Below are positions 27,900 to 42,280 of a stretch of 64,000 bases of DNA, one piece after another; positions within the stretch are counted from its first letter, which is position 1; each line of letters opens with the position of its first letter. The notes beneath the pieces are model-generated. The model was not told where the DNA came from. It saw only the letters and a program-made list of their open reading frames with translations, and did no database searches. The DNA is from Paraphysomonas bandaiensis (lineage: Eukaryota > Protista > Chrysophyceae): NCBI GenBank assembly GCA_965644295.1, contig CBFFRP010000143.1, positions 160,701 to 224,700 on the forward strand, read 5' to 3'. A program made the position numbers and the translations under genes.

Positions 27900-28740
27900 T
27901 TAGTCTGGGGGTCTACCTCTTTGGACAATGTGCCTGGCTGGCCTGTACCACAGATTAGTTGAGGGGTGGCCGTGTAGATGAGAGTGTATAAAAGTCAATG
28001 GGGGGGTGGTCGAGGGCAAAGAGTAGTTGTTTCCGGAGTGGGTGCGCTTGCTGGGTTCGGACTCTTGGGGGGAATGGGGTTCTAGTAGGGGTAGATGTCG
28101 CCTGCTGAAGTAGCTGAAGTATATTTTTGGTGCTTGGTATATGTATCCTGGGTTTGTTGTCGCTGTGGGAGTGTGCTGGGATCGTGATCGGTGTTTTTGT
28201 TGTTGTGACAGTGTTGTGGTATCTGTGGCCACTGTTTCGGAGCATGCGGATTCCTGATTCCTCCGTTATAGAGGGGAAACAGGATAGAGGTGAGGGATTT
28301 TTCGAAAGTGTAGAACTGATGTTCGAACAGTGAGGTGGATATGTTGTGCCCAAACTGGACATCGGCCAGTTGTGGGGCAGTGATGTGGCTGGTTCAGTGT
28401 CGCTCAACATGGAGGAAGTTTGAATTCCATGCTTCTTTAGCTAGTTTGGATATGGCAGCGTGAAACCATGGGTGAGAAAACGTTTGTTAGCGTATTTTGT
28501 CAAAAAGCATACTGTGATGTGCTTGGAAGAATGATGTCAGGATGAGAAGCATGTGAGCACAGTCTGTGCATGTGGCAGCCGTGGTGTGTTCAGACTCGGT
28601 TTTGCCTTTGGCTCGATTTCTTCCCATTGCGTAGGATTTATCCCAGACGTATGCCGTTTCGCGTAGGCGGTCTCTGGGAAGGATATGCAGTGTTTAGGGA
28701 AGTTATGTGGGTACTATATATACTAAAATACACGGATAGG
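27900..28740 (-). mobile_element. Degenerate non-LTR (LINE-like) retrotransposon remnant
   Basis: Minus-strand peptide RDRLRETAYVWDKSYAMGRNRAKGK..ATCTDC is homologous to the remnant at 54290-54450; strong strand compositional skew; many stops. Confidence 0.55.
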
Positions 28741-31672
28741 ATGGAGTTTGTGTGGGAGCCTCGTTTCACTGCATATGTCCAATACTGCGGGTCAGGTTAT
28801 ACTACTAGTACACACACACAGATAAATAAAACAAAGTAGATGCGGCTTAAGCGCCCGCCCGGGCTCCCTCCCCCATTCCGGTCACTATATATATATATAT
28901 ATATGTATGCTAAAGAGGAGTGGACCCAGCTGCAATTCAATTTTGAGCATATATTGAGTCGGAACACATGCAGTCATCATACCAGACCTACTGCTACTAC
29001 TACACTCCCACAACTTGTATAAAAGTTGTTGGTAAGATGTGGGCAGAGTTGTGTCCTTAAAGTGATGATACCCAAGATGCGTGCTTCTATCTCCGGTCGG
29101 GATGCGCTGTTCAGTTGCACACTGATGTTCCACAATACAAGAGGTGCTTTTTCCAGAGAGCACGGTTAGAGAGTAAAACGTTCGTCGTGCAGTGGGACTA
29201 TTATCTATAATATAGATCGCTATGTATAAGAAAATTTCGCTCTATCTATATATGTCATGTATGTGTATTGCATTCTGGTAGTCATATTCAACAAGAAAAG
29301 CCCACTCAAAAGGGTGACGGATCCGAGCTGTGGTTGACGTGTACCCATTTGGGATGCCTGCTGATAAACGGCGTGAAAAACGCAGAAAAGAAGAAACTGA
29401 ATATCTCTTTATTAAGAAGAGCAAGTTTGTGCGTTGCCGCAACAACTCGCGCGACACGAAGCATAACACGGCTCTCACTTTTAGTTGCTGCTGCTCCGGT
29501 GCATGAACCGACAAAGTTCAACTATATATAATATATATATATATATTTTGTTACAAAAATACAATCTGACTCCAACATATCTTCCCTTCATTGTGTGCAC
29601 TCTCATCTTCCGAGTGATTTGAGCTAGTAGGGAACTGGGCACCCTCCGCTAAAATAAATGAAAACGTACTAATAACCAAGAAATAACATACAGCACACAC
29701 AAATGTACCTCTAACACTTCTTCTTGGAAAACAGTGTCAGATCCTAGTGACAATATAGCTCTATATGGCCTTGGTCAGTAGTAGATAAATTGTGGTAAAA
29801 CATATCAGGTCTACTCACATTTTTTCATGCAATGGCAGCATCCATTACATATATATTATTACCTGGTCCTTGTTTTGGTTAAACATACACAGATGCTGGA
29901 TTATGTGAACTCATTTTAGCATATATCACCCAAGACAAAGGCAGTGAACAAGCAGAATGTTGATATATACCTCTTACGTCTCTCTGATTTTTTTTCAGTA
30001 GACGAGGGCCATCATAGAGCAAGGAACTAGTTAAAAAGGTGACATCGAACAGTAACCAACAAATAAATTAGTGCTTGTGAAAATATAATTTTGGATGATA
30101 AGATTTACGAAAGCAAGCATTGTGGAGCAATATCAATTGTTCAAGAAGTATATTAAACCCATTGCTCTAGGAAACTAAAAAGATTACTCTCATTTTGTAA
30201 AGAAAAGATGCTACTTGCTTTTCTCTTTTACAGTTTTATACATATCTGTATTGTTTCTCTTTAGTATATTTCTAATTTTTGAGTGCATTTTTGGCCTATG
30301 TAAAGTCATCACAAATCTACCGCTTATTAGTCACTCAAGATGACTTCAATATCTGCCCTTCTGCTTTCATTCTATATGTACACTCGACTAGAATATCCAT
30401 TCACATTGACCTTCTCCACAGGGTGACGCTATCCACTTACCAGAGCTCAAATATAGATATTATAATAAAACATAAAAATAAACTCAAGCAGAGATATTAG
30501 CTGCTGAGCCAGGAGTAAACAGCAGGCAGTCTAATAAACACTTTTTTGAATCATGTGAGGTGACCAATACCAGAAATTGTCGATTCCCAGAGACATGTAC
30601 TTACTTATATCATCCAGTCCGTTTTCATTAAAGAGTATATCGCTTTTACTACTATTAGTTGTAGGTTTTTATCCGAAACTACTGTTTTAGAAAAAGTAAA
30701 CTCCGGAATAAAGGTCTAAGGTACAATAGAGAGATGTAAAAGAAAACACCAAACGAGTAGGATCTTAAAATAGTACGACAGTCACTAACTACCTCATGTC
30801 GTACTTATAGACTTTAGGCATTGCATTTAAGAGCACAACATGTAGTTAGAAACGGCGTTGCTACAAGTAGTAGGGCAATGTCTGCTCGCAGCTGCATTTA
30901 TGTTGTTCATTACGATCATTGGATGTTGATAGTAGTATATGGGCAGATAAAATCGGATCACTGGTAAGCTGGTAAGCGTAAATATGCTTCTATAACCTAT
31001 AAAATTTCGGTCAAAACTAATAAAACTGTTGTCTAGTAACCAGTTGTTACATCCCTTATTGTTACGAATTGATTGTCACAAATTTGCTTTTCAGATATGC
31101 ATGTATAGTGGTCAGCAAAAACGTCCTCGTTATATATTCACTGCCTCACTTTTATCAGAAATCAAGCAAATCAATTTCCAGGCCATTTTTGCTAGACGAC
31201 GTTTTAGGGATACTTGCAAATTTAATATCGATCATTCAAAGCGAATGCGTTTAGAAAATGGAAATTCCATTCGAATCCTTTAAGGTGAAGGCCATTTCGT
31301 ACACCTTTAACTAGCAATCTATTCCTTCCTCGTCTCGTCCTTTTCAAGGCTCAAATCAAATTCCATTGGAAATACATAGTTGTGTTACCCTTTTACGTGG
31401 TTTCTCCAAGAAAATCATTTATGGCGCTTATTTTTTGTAGACCACCACAACACACCTTAGCTCAAGGTTGGATATCTAGGACATTTTGTAGTTGCCATTT
31501 ACTCTAAACTAAATATATTAGGACACACGGCCGAAGCTCAAAGAAATGAGGCGCATGATAGATGATATTCAGATGCATCTCACAAAGTCTAATCTGGCTA
31601 ATATTGATCCTAATGTGATGTCACAATACACATCACACTTTAGCGCACCACCTACCATGGTGACAAAGAACA

Positions 31673-32274
31673 TTAGCTCAAAACTGAATAGCGATACCTA
31701 GAGTTGGTAGAGTCCTCTAGAATGTACATGGTGCACAATACCATTCCAAATGTCGCGCACACCAGCAGAAGAACAGATCCTTCAAGAAAATATCCGTTGT
31801 TGGAGTTCCAGTATATGAAAGGGAAGAAAACAAATGCACAGGTTACGTAGCAGCAAACAGACATTGGATATATATATCTCGTTTCAAACTTCCATACGCG
31901 ATAGCATTTGATTATCGCGAGAGCACATGCCAACAACGAGGTTAGTGCACCCATAGTAAAAACTACACAGATAAACACCGACATATATATGTACTTCTTG
32001 TGCACATTGTGATCAAAGCTAACTGTCTCGTTATCAACTGTGCTATGACGATCGTATATACAAGGATCGCCAAAGCAGTGCGTCAGCCCAATCGTGACGG
32101 GTATTTTGAGATGCCAGGAGCCTGACTCACACCTTTAACGGACTAAATAACAAAGCAATGAAACGCACCTTCGTTTATAGGGATAAAAACAGTAGCCCAC
32201 GGTAGATAAAACGAAACTATATAACATGATATGTGGATGAAGCCTCCTATCAACAGAATACTGAAGGGGCTCAT
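31673..32274 (-). CDS. Small four-TM membrane protein, claudin/PMP22-like topology (one intron)
   Basis: MSPFSILLIGG.. (TM1), intron gtgcgt..agtcag, loop W..GLTHCFGDPC, then three hydrophobic segments in ORF 31673-32005. Confidence 0.6.
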
Positions 32275-32664
32275 TGTACATTGAAACTGCAGCGGACAAC
32301 TCACGCACGTTTCAACCACATATCTACCAACAGACGTAACTCGAGATCTAAAATACTCAACAGTAAGAGGTAGCTGCGCTTCGGCTCTACCCATCATGAC
32401 AGTGATATCCTACCAGCCTACCGCCCTACGATCGTACCTATACCATATAGTATACAGTACCTACCTACCTACGTACCTACAGACAGACAGAGATCTCGAC
32501 GTAGGAATTCCTACTGCTGTATTTGGAGTGTGAGGTATGCGGTGTGTGTTCATATATAGGGGGGGTGTAGGGAGCAGCAAGCAATGCATGTCTAGATGTG
32601 GAGCTACAAAATACAAGCAACTAAGTCTCGTTAAGCAAAGCTATTCCGACTCTCGGTGTTTATT

Positions 32665-34023
32665 ATGTTTAAGTTTCTGATATCTTCTCTAGCGGTGGCT
32701 GCTGTGTCGGTAGGGGTGTTTGTCTCTCTCTCATGTCATCTCATCTACAGCAGGCTGATGTGGTCCATTTAACCAAAGAGAACTTCAATGACTACGTTGA
32801 TGGAACAAAGAACGTATTGGTTGAGTTTTATGCTCCTTGGTGCGGGCACTGTAAGGTATAGTGTTGCATACTACAGAGTCGTCTCATTCTGAGGGGTTGT
32901 TCTAGAACCTTGCACCGGAGTGGGCTATCGCGGGATCGACCTTCGATGAGAACGATGATATCGTGATTGCTGATATCGATGCCACCGCTGCTCAGGAGCT
33001 CGCTTCAAAGTTTGAGGTCCGCGGTTACCCCACTATCAAGTTTTTCCCTAAGTCCAAGGTGCCGGAAGAGTACACTGGAGGGCGAACAGCAGACACCATT
33101 GTGAGCTGGGTCAATGAGAAGATCGGCACCCGTAAGGCAGTTAAGAAACCACCAACCGCAGTCACAGTCCTGGATGATAGCAACTTTGACGCTATTGCTC
33201 TTGATCCGACAAAGTATGTGATGGTCGAATTCTATGCCCCATGGTGTGGCCACTGTAAGGTAGTCGACTGTACTTTCTTGTACCTGTGGCATCTCACCCC
33301 GCTGTTGTCACTTGTATGAAACTAGAATCTAGCTCCAAAGTACGAGCAGTTGGCCAAGGTGTTTGCCGGCGAACAGGAGGTTGTCATCGCGAATGTCGAT
33401 GCCACCGAGAATCCGGACCTCGCTTCCAGGTATTTGAACAAAAAGAAGCCCGATTTATTATTTTTCTAATGCTCACTCAAATTTATGCACTTGCGAACAT
33501 ATATATACCTATCATTTTCATGGTTTGAAAGATATTATCACAACGCATTTGATGTATAGCATAATTGCCTACTGTATCTGAATTTAGATATGATGTATCC
33601 GGCTACCCCACTATCAAGTTCTTCCCCGCTGGGTCCTCTGAACCCGTTGACTACCAGGGTGGAAGAGAAGTGGAAATGTTGGTCAACTACATTAATGAGA
33701 ATGCGGGCACCTATCGTCTACCAGATGGATCTCTTTCCCCCGCCGCTGGCTTGGTGGAAGCCCTAGATGAGGTTATTGCAAATGCTGCAGCCTATGATGC
33801 CACTTTCGTGGAGTCTTTAGAGAATGCTGCCTCTGAAATCGATCACCCATCATCCAAGACGTACATCTCTTTTGCCAAGAAGATTTTATCTAAAGGAGAA
33901 GGTTATATTGAGAAGGAGATTGCGCGTCTTCAGGGTATGACTCAGAGCAAGAGTGTATCTGCTGACAAGAAGAAATCCTTCTTTCTCCGCTTGAATATAC
34001 TCAAGAAGTTTGTTAAGGCTTAA
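32665..34023 (+). CDS. Protein disulfide isomerase, a-a'-D type (ERp38/Dd-PDI-like, ERp29-like C-terminal helical domain)
   Basis: Signal peptide [15 protein letters not shown]; two [11 protein letters not shown] sites; two GYPTIKFFP; C-terminal [17 protein letters not shown]; no KDEL. Confidence 0.95.
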
Positions 34024-35496
34024 TCACTAACGAGAAGAATGTGAATGATCTAAAGATAGCTACCCTTGTCATTGATTTTTGTAGAAGAATCGGTGCACTT
34101 TGTTAGCGTTAAAAATCTTAGTTATTGAAAGTCGGTATTAAAATATAGATTTCCTTCAAAATGCACGCACGCTTACTGCATGAAAGACCGTACAAAAGAG
34201 GAAAATAAAACAGAACATGAAATATTACTACTACTTCATCGATGTAACAAATATCAGTTCTTCGCTAGGAACTTTGACAAGAAGCTGAGCAGTGAAGTCC
34301 AGCTATAGTTGGATTGTGCCTTGTACTAGAAATAGTATCGTACTGCTCCCGTTGTTCAATCAATGCAATCTCTTTAAACATGAATAATTCCAAATATAAG
34401 GCACAATGGCAAAATATCAGTTAGTTACTGTAAACGTGCTCGATGACAGTATACCAGCTGATGACTGCGGCTGTTCGCTGTTTTTATGTTCTCCCACATT
34501 CGATGTGTGTAGTGCTGACGTGAGTGGTAAAGTATCTGGAACTTCCTGTCTAGAAGTAGTAATATATCAGGAGTAAGAGTTCCTTAAACCCTATACAAAA
34601 AATATACGTAATTTGTTGGGGTGACTTAAAATACAACACACACTTGACACCACAAGGATATATCGGAGACTGCACCGAGGTAAAAACTTCCTTGCGGAGA
34701 GTCGCGTATTATCGTAGACTTCTATCTGCGCAGATGGAATTGAGGTTTTCTATCAAAATGAACCGTCACATCTGTGCTGCGATAAGATGATTCACTCTAT
34801 TGCTGAATAATTGAGGTAGGGAGTTGACCCGATGATACGATACACTTCGTCTCTCCTGAAATGCCTGTAAGACGAGCTCCACACTCTTTTAAGTGAACGC
34901 TATTTATGTGACCTCGATATAAATTGAGCATTCATATACTCCAATAACTTCGCAGCAGATGGCTAGGAAGGGTGCATCACATCAATGCGGCACAAGTTTA
35001 TTAATTGTGTGTGTATAAGAAATGAAAGAGTCACACACGCTACAGTCAGCTTCTGAGTGTAGCTGCACAGTACATGAAACCAACATATATCCTGTGCACA
35101 TCTCTCTCTCTCTATATATATATATCTTCCACGTGACACACAGAGAGCAGAGGATCCAGCTAGACTACATCTAGGAATTCCTATAGAGACAAGAGGACGC
35201 GCATACATACAGTACCCATCCTGCTGTAGGAAGCAGCAATACATACTACGGTTGTATACAGCAGTGTATGTATAGCTTGCACAGCATGAGTGGGAAATCG
35301 GCCATAGCGCTATGGTGTCCACCGCATGTTCACATAACAGCAACCACGATACGTGCATATGAGTATGTATAGCTGTGGAGTGTTTCCATCACAATGCTAT
35401 GCGTTAAATGTTACATCTCTCAACTGATCGGTTTATGAGAGAGGTGTCTCCTTCTCGAATACTCATCTGATTATTTCGCACTTGTATTAATAGACT

Positions 35497-36440
35497 ATGA
35501 AGAGATTTTTAGTGAGCGTCCAGTACAATGGTTCATATTATAGTGGCTGGAGCAGGCAAGTGCCAGAAAAGTACGTGAAACCTGGTGTTGAGCACGTCCT
35601 TCTCACATCTTTGGAGAAGTTTCTTGGAAAAGAAAATTTCAAAAACTTCTTCGGCTCCAGCAGAACGGACCGGGGCGTCCATGCGCTACGAAATTATTTT
35701 CATGTTGACATTGATAGTCAAAATATGAGAGCAGATATCAATGGAAGAGTTGTCAAGAAGGCACTGAATCACTTTCTATGTAATGAAAATGTTACAGTCA
35801 TTGATTGTAAACAAGTGCCAGTAGAGTTTAATTGTCGAACTAATGCAACATCGCGATCGTATATGTACCGTCTAATCAATACTCCAAACAATTTCGCGTC
35901 ATCCAAGCAATGGGTATTTCAAGATGACTTGGCTTGGAACGTGAAGGGGTTAAATATTGAGTCAATGAATCGTGCAGCTGGGCTACTGACTGGGATTCAT
36001 GACTACTCTTCTTTTCGAAATGCGGACTGCCAATCAAGCAGTCCTTATAGACATATTTGGTCAATCAAAGTGAATGAGCACACCCTGGCCGGAATACAGA
36101 AATCAGCAGATGGCGAAGTTGAAACTGCACGTGCCTACGATCCTTATCTCATGGTGCGTTTACTTATGTAACAGGCCTTATTCTAATTCCTTGTTTACAC
36201 GAGCAGGGTGACAATCGCCTCGTGACAGTCACAATAACTGGAAATGCTTTTTTATATAGAATGGTGAGGAATATGGTTGGAACTCTTGTACATGTTGGAC
36301 TCGGGAAAATCCCTGCGGAGGAGATGACTCGAATTTTGGAGGCCAGAGATCGCAGTCTCGTTCCTGCTGCTGCTCCTGCCAGAGGTCTTTTTCTATGTGA
36401 TGTCACCTACAATGAAAAAGACATTGAGTTATATAACTAA
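35497..36440 (+). CDS. truA: tRNA pseudouridine synthase A family (PUSL1-like)
   Basis: YNGSYYSGW, SSRTDRGVHA (catalytic Asp), GIHDYSSFR, GNAFLYRMVRNMVG, AAAPARGLFL. One intron near 36154-36206; a short upstream exon from 35408 is possible. Confidence 0.92.
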
Positions 36441-37137
36441 CCAAAGTTATGACTAGGACCAATATAAAGCAATTGTTCAAATATTTTCCTTGAAATGTAA
36501 TTTTCTTCCTGTTTTGTCACCACTCTTAGACATGCATTGAGTCAGAAGTCTATGCGTTTGCATTACGTAATTGCAGTAGTTTATTATATTATATGTTTAG
36601 CGAGTATGAAAGGGCATGTAGGCCATAAACTATGCTGGAATAGAAGTGTACTACATGTGTCTATAATACAGGTGTATTTGTGACTGGAAAGGTGTGATGT
36701 ACAATTGATTCTATTTCTATGTAGACAGTATAAATGGTTGTACGTTGTACTATTAGATGTGTAATAGGATGGGTATACGTCGTCACCGTAGAGTTGTAAT
36801 ATAAGCAATAAGCAACGTTTACAAAGGACTAAGCATGTAGTTGTGTAAATATGCAGATATACACTCACACAGAATATTTAAGTCGACGATTTATTAGGAA
36901 AGTGATGTAGGTCAACAAGATAACTATGTAAAAATATCTTTAAAGCCACAACGTTGTTAGTCTACAGGACTTCTATTCAACCAACCCAAAAATCGAAATG
37001 TTATTGAACTCAATCACTAGATATCAATATTTAATCGATGGGTATAATAAGGTTTTTATTACACAGCAATAATACTCGTGAACAAGAGTATGATATTGTA
37101 TATTAGCAGTGAACACAATCAAACTCGATTTCACACA

Positions 37138-38084
37138 TTATTCAACATGTCGGACCCAATCCGGCAGGCCAGCAGGAAACTCTTTTTCTAGCATTGCATC
37201 GAATACGTCATTATGTGCAGTGGTAAAGAGATTTTTGCTATCTCCAATTTCACCTTTACGAATGAATTCGAATCCTGGCTTCCATCCTACCGACACTGGC
37301 TCAAATTTCTCGCGGTTGGATTTCATGTAATCCAAAGAAACTTTAGGAATAATTTTCTCCGATATATCATCAGAACTGTACGTGCACCCAATATGTCGCG
37401 CGACTCGACAGAGTGCTCCTAATAAATCATATTTCATATCCTCATATCTGATTAACAAGATGCGATTTCTCGAATCAGAGGCCGCAGATATCCAGTTTTT
37501 CAAGTGTTTCGCCCAACCTCCAAATACGATTCTATTATGAATCCAATCCGAAAAAAAATCATCAAAAGAGCCTTCAAAACCTCCTGAATCAGCTTGATTC
37601 GATAAATGATGAAAAAATGATGTAACAACATCTTTTCCATTGCGGTACACATATATGTATACAGCACCGTCCCCTTTCGGCATTAGGTCCCATCTGCAAT
37701 TGACCAATAAAAATATCAATCCAAAGAATGTACATCAATGCACGCAAACCTTAAATGTGTGTTAAATATTCTACAATTCAAGCTGTCATGATTCGATGAG
37801 TAACAAGCATTCACAGCACCACTCTCGTCCCAAGTCCCGTCAGCCTCATAGAACGGGGAATAGTCTGATATATGAGACAGAGCTCCACTACCACCAGTGA
37901 GTAAAGCATATACACATGCCTGCATCCATGTAGTTCCTGATTTCGGATAACTGGCTATGAAAACTGTTTTGCCACTGCAGACATCAAGAGACTGGCAGTT
38001 CGATAGAGTTTTCACAGATGTTATTGGAAGGTATGCAATGGGATCGTCTTGGATGTCCGTGGTATCAGTTTTCTCTTCAGTCAT
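37138..38084 (-). CDS. Cytosolic-type PAPS-dependent sulfotransferase
   Basis: 5'-PSB loop ASYPKSGTTW, RIFNTHL, 3'-PB motif YVYRNGKDVVTS, RYEDMK, FIRKGEIGD; one intron. Confidence 0.92.
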
Positions 38085-39490
38085 ATTAATGGAATGGAGT
38101 GATACGATGCATTTAGATGTATACTTTAATATCCATGATGCAGTCCAGTGGTCCACTCTATGCATGCATCACTATATATCTATATAAACAGCAGCGTATC
38201 GGCATCCTGTGTATATTTTTGTTCACATAAGCCTCTAATATTGAGAGAACAATTATGTGTATTATAGCCGTAGTTGTATGTAAGTAATATAGAGTATATT
38301 TGATTCAATTAATTACCGAAAACTAAGATGCTGACTGCCGACACGAGTACAGCTACGCATGTCCTGAGAGACGTATACCTGATATACAGCAGAGTAATAC
38401 AGTAAGATATAAGATACAAGGATCATGTCTCGTTGCTGCTGTATACCGTATATACTGCTGTATACAGTGACCTCTTAACACCCACATACAGTATGACCAG
38501 AAGATCCCAATGCAGCTCCATCCGTCACTCTCAAGCACAGGGATGCGGGATGCCGCCTACAGAAAGATCGCCTACTCCGCATTGACCCCTCTGCAATACA
38601 ACCACACATGATACTATGTTTCTCTGGCAATATCGAGATATCGGCTCCGCTTGACTTACCCTGAATATGTTACTGGTTTAGGAGTTAAGTGTAATTCTGT
38701 CAAATGTACTACCTGATTTTGCCATGGTTATGGATACTATCCCAAGCGACGCAGTGGGCAAACATTGAGCTCTATTTCTGACAGATACACACAGAGAGAA
38801 GGCCGCACGAACACTTGAAAAGTTGACAGTATAACATACCTATTAGTATCTGGATGATGTCATAAACAGATGTGAAATCTCTTCGAGTTATATAGTTCAT
38901 GGATTATTTTCGGGAAGGGTAATCGTGAATGGACTTTACGTTTTGTGTGTTTTGGTTCAGTAATAAAAGTAAGGGTCTATATCTTTTCTTTCAAAATTCG
39001 TTTTGTCACACAGAACTGACGAACTTATTTCACTAAAATTCTGGTGTGCGTAATCGTATCGCACATGCGTATACTCTTGTAGCGTTGTAATACTCGATAT
39101 ACTTGCTCTACATCGCTTCTGCAAGACCCTACTCTAAAAAAGACCAATACGTATAACTGATAATGCCGTCATCTTACAATACCAGCATACTCATTACATA
39201 TTACGCATGCACCTCCTCTGCTATATTTATTAAGCATGTTGGCAAGAATTTTCTTAAACCAGTTATTTTTTCTTTAGAAAACAATTCACTTCTTGTTATC
39301 GGAATGCTGTAACATTACATTGAGCTTCCTATCTAGTCTTGCCGGCTAACTACAGTTAGTTCTTCACATTGGAATCACTACAACAACACATGTGTTCATA
39401 AATCGAAATGCTTCAACTCCACCCCATAATAATATCACAACGCCCAGAAACCTATCTAGTAGTCAATATATTAAACGTGCTGTTATCCAA

Positions 39491-41815
39491 CTATTTCTCT
39501 CCCAGTTTTCTTAGGGGTTTCCCAAATGAATTCCAGTTCGGACGAGCACCCTTTACACAAAATATGGTCATTCAAATAAACACACACACTAGGTATTTTA
39601 CCTCTTCTCCCATCTCCGCTCTGATTTGATCTAACTTCTTAGAAAGTGAATCCATCTTGGGCAAGTGGTGGGGTCTGGCAACTGCAAGCCGAGAAACTAG
39701 TGGCGGTGTTTCTCCTTTAGCTGATGACTGAACTGAAGATCCACCCTTAACATCACTTCCACCTTTTTCTGACGCTGTACATTCTGACAGAGAATTCGAC
39801 CGTGGTACGTCAACTGATGACCCTTTGATTGAGGCCTTTTGAGACTGTCTTTGTTTCCCCTCCGCGATATCATATTCATCGTCAAAAACTGTACCCGCGT
39901 CCTCGACGTGATCTGTAAAGGAGTGAGAATTTCGCGTAAGTGCTGCTTTTGCTCCTGCGGGTGTGGAAAGCTCATCTTTGGTAGCAGGCGAATCCTCTGG
40001 ATTGATCTGCTCAGATGTACTCTCAGTTGCCCCCGTTTCAATTACCCTCTTGGCCTCAGCAAGGCGGGCCGCTCGGTCACGGAACTCCTGTTCCAGAGCC
40101 GCCACAGTTTGCCAAATGGTAACACGACGTAAAGAAGGCCAATTGTCAATGCCATCAGGATAAGACTGAAGCTGGTACCCTCGTCCCTTAGCAGACACAT
40201 CCGGAAAACGGGAGTCGAGTAGGGGGTTTTCCTCACCACCGTCCACCACCGATACATAGATCACTTTCTGCAGCATAATACGGTCATGAGATACCACACG
40301 ATATTTATTGTCACAACATCACACATTAAAACACTCTGACAGACTACATATCAAATATAATATGTTCGACATACCTGGAAAACAATCGTAATAGTGATGA
40401 TCCCAGATGGGTGGTAGCATTTCGATGCAATCAGTTCCATTCGCTTAAGCGCCCTACAATTCAAAAGATTCAATACCATATCTAATATTATTATGATAAC
40501 AGTGCAATTGCAATATAAAACATGCACGAAGCAGCTTAATACAACGGTAGATACATAGTAAGCTCTCATACCTTTCCATTTCTGGTGTTGGAGCGAGTCG
40601 AAACTCAAAAAAAGAGTTGGTTGAGTCACCCTCTAACCACTTTGTCACAGATTCACCCAGCCCCATTCTACTCAATCTGTCTATGAGTGCACGCAAAGTT
40701 TCTTCTGACTTGTATATTTCTTCTTCAATAAAAGGCGTGAGGGAGTGGATCAGCTCCATAGGTTTTGTGAAGTAGGAAGCATTTGGCATACGGTTAACGT
40801 CACAAAAGTAGTTCAAACGGCTCTGCTGCATACGGAGTGCAGGTATGACATATGGCACATCAGTGAGATTAATAACAGGGGTCAATTGCACTCGACCAGT
40901 GTAGCACCAGCTACCAAAACGAAAGAGTGCCTCGTGGTGAACGGAGAGCGTGCCGGTGTCATGATTTGGCTCACTTTTCATAATGCAGTACGTTTGAATA
41001 TACTTATCACTTGATAAGTTGGATGTGCTCAGTTTGGGAATATCTCGATCAATGTCGACGCCACCGTTTACTTTAGCCGTTAGAGTATGCCAGAGCGTTA
41101 GTTTTTTCCAAAACGACAAGTTCTCTGGATAGCTCGCGATATGCAGACCTTGTCCGTGGCTGGATACATTAGGGAATCGCACATCCAATAAGTGCTGGTC
41201 ACCTTCACCAGCCTGGAGAACAAAGTATAGTACTCCTTCAAAGTAAATAGCAATTATAATCAGGCCACGAGAGTATGTTTTGCTCGCTACAAGGGATACT
41301 TTTTTCATGAAAGGGGGAGGGTCCATTGTCAATTCAAAATAAGTGGATGCGTTATCATCATCAATCCACGAGAAGACAGACGACCACTTGTTTAACTCAC
41401 GGTCGACATGTTCGGAAGTGATTTCCTTTGCAATGAACTCACATGCATCAGAGACAAAGTCAAGGGGATTCGACACATCAGGATGAACAGATATACTACA
41501 AATAGTTGTGTTACGGAACATCTGTATATTCAATGACATCGCCTACCTGCTAGTATTACAATAGTAGCGAAGAGATCCCTGTTGCCGCTGTAGCGTTGGT
41601 ATGATGATGGGAAGATCAGCTGTACCTATAGTTGTTCCAGAGAAATCTATTGGGCCTTTATAGCACCAATTCCCGCATCGAAAAAATACTTCATTCATAT
41701 TAAAGGCATCTTTTTCATCCTGCTCAGGAGAGGGATAAATAACATACGTTTGATTATATCCCTCGCGCATGGAAACAGCCGTAGCACTGGGCACCTCCTT
41801 CGCGTCTCCGCTCAT
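39491..41815 (-). CDS. Unknown protein with a duplicated ~200-aa domain and a low-complexity tail
   Basis: Same-strand ORFs joined by short GT-AG introns; two homologous halves (see findings); last exon GARPNWNSFGKPLRKLGEK*. Confidence 0.75.
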
Positions 41816-42280
41816 AGTGAAAGCTCTCTGTTATTTATATTATGTAAGACTGAAACCTAATTGATATGATTTTAATGCATATCGCTATCTAATACATCAA
41901 CAGAGATATCAACCCTGCCTCTTATTGGCACCCAAGTTATGGATATATAGTTGTATCAGGGTCGTGGAGCTCCGCCTTAATTTAAACAGCCAGAATTCCG
42001 TCCGAATTCTCGTTTTAACATCCGCATGTACGTATACAGCACAGCAGTATGCGTATGCTGCTGTATATATAGCTGTGTACTACTGCATAGATACATACGT
42101 ACCTATACAGAGATGTTAAGGGACTGAGCTGTTCGGATATCCGGGGTACGGTACGATATACAGGACTACAGCTATATATACCGTATACCCCACACTGGCG
42201 TGCCAAGACTGCTTGGAGTGCTGTCAGCTGCAGGTGTATGTAGACGGCACAGATCTGCAGAGGAATCTCCTCTCATCTCA

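Noticed and set aside
29200-31500. Short ORFs in an AT-rich intergenic stretch
   Set aside because: No motifs or continuous frames; probably decayed repeats that I cannot classify.
34150-35358. Possible gene divergent from truA (ORF 34963-35358); similar ORFs at 2138-2482, 19490-19992 and 38353-38538
   Set aside because: Low-complexity promoter-like composition, no recognisable motifs and no consistent splice model.
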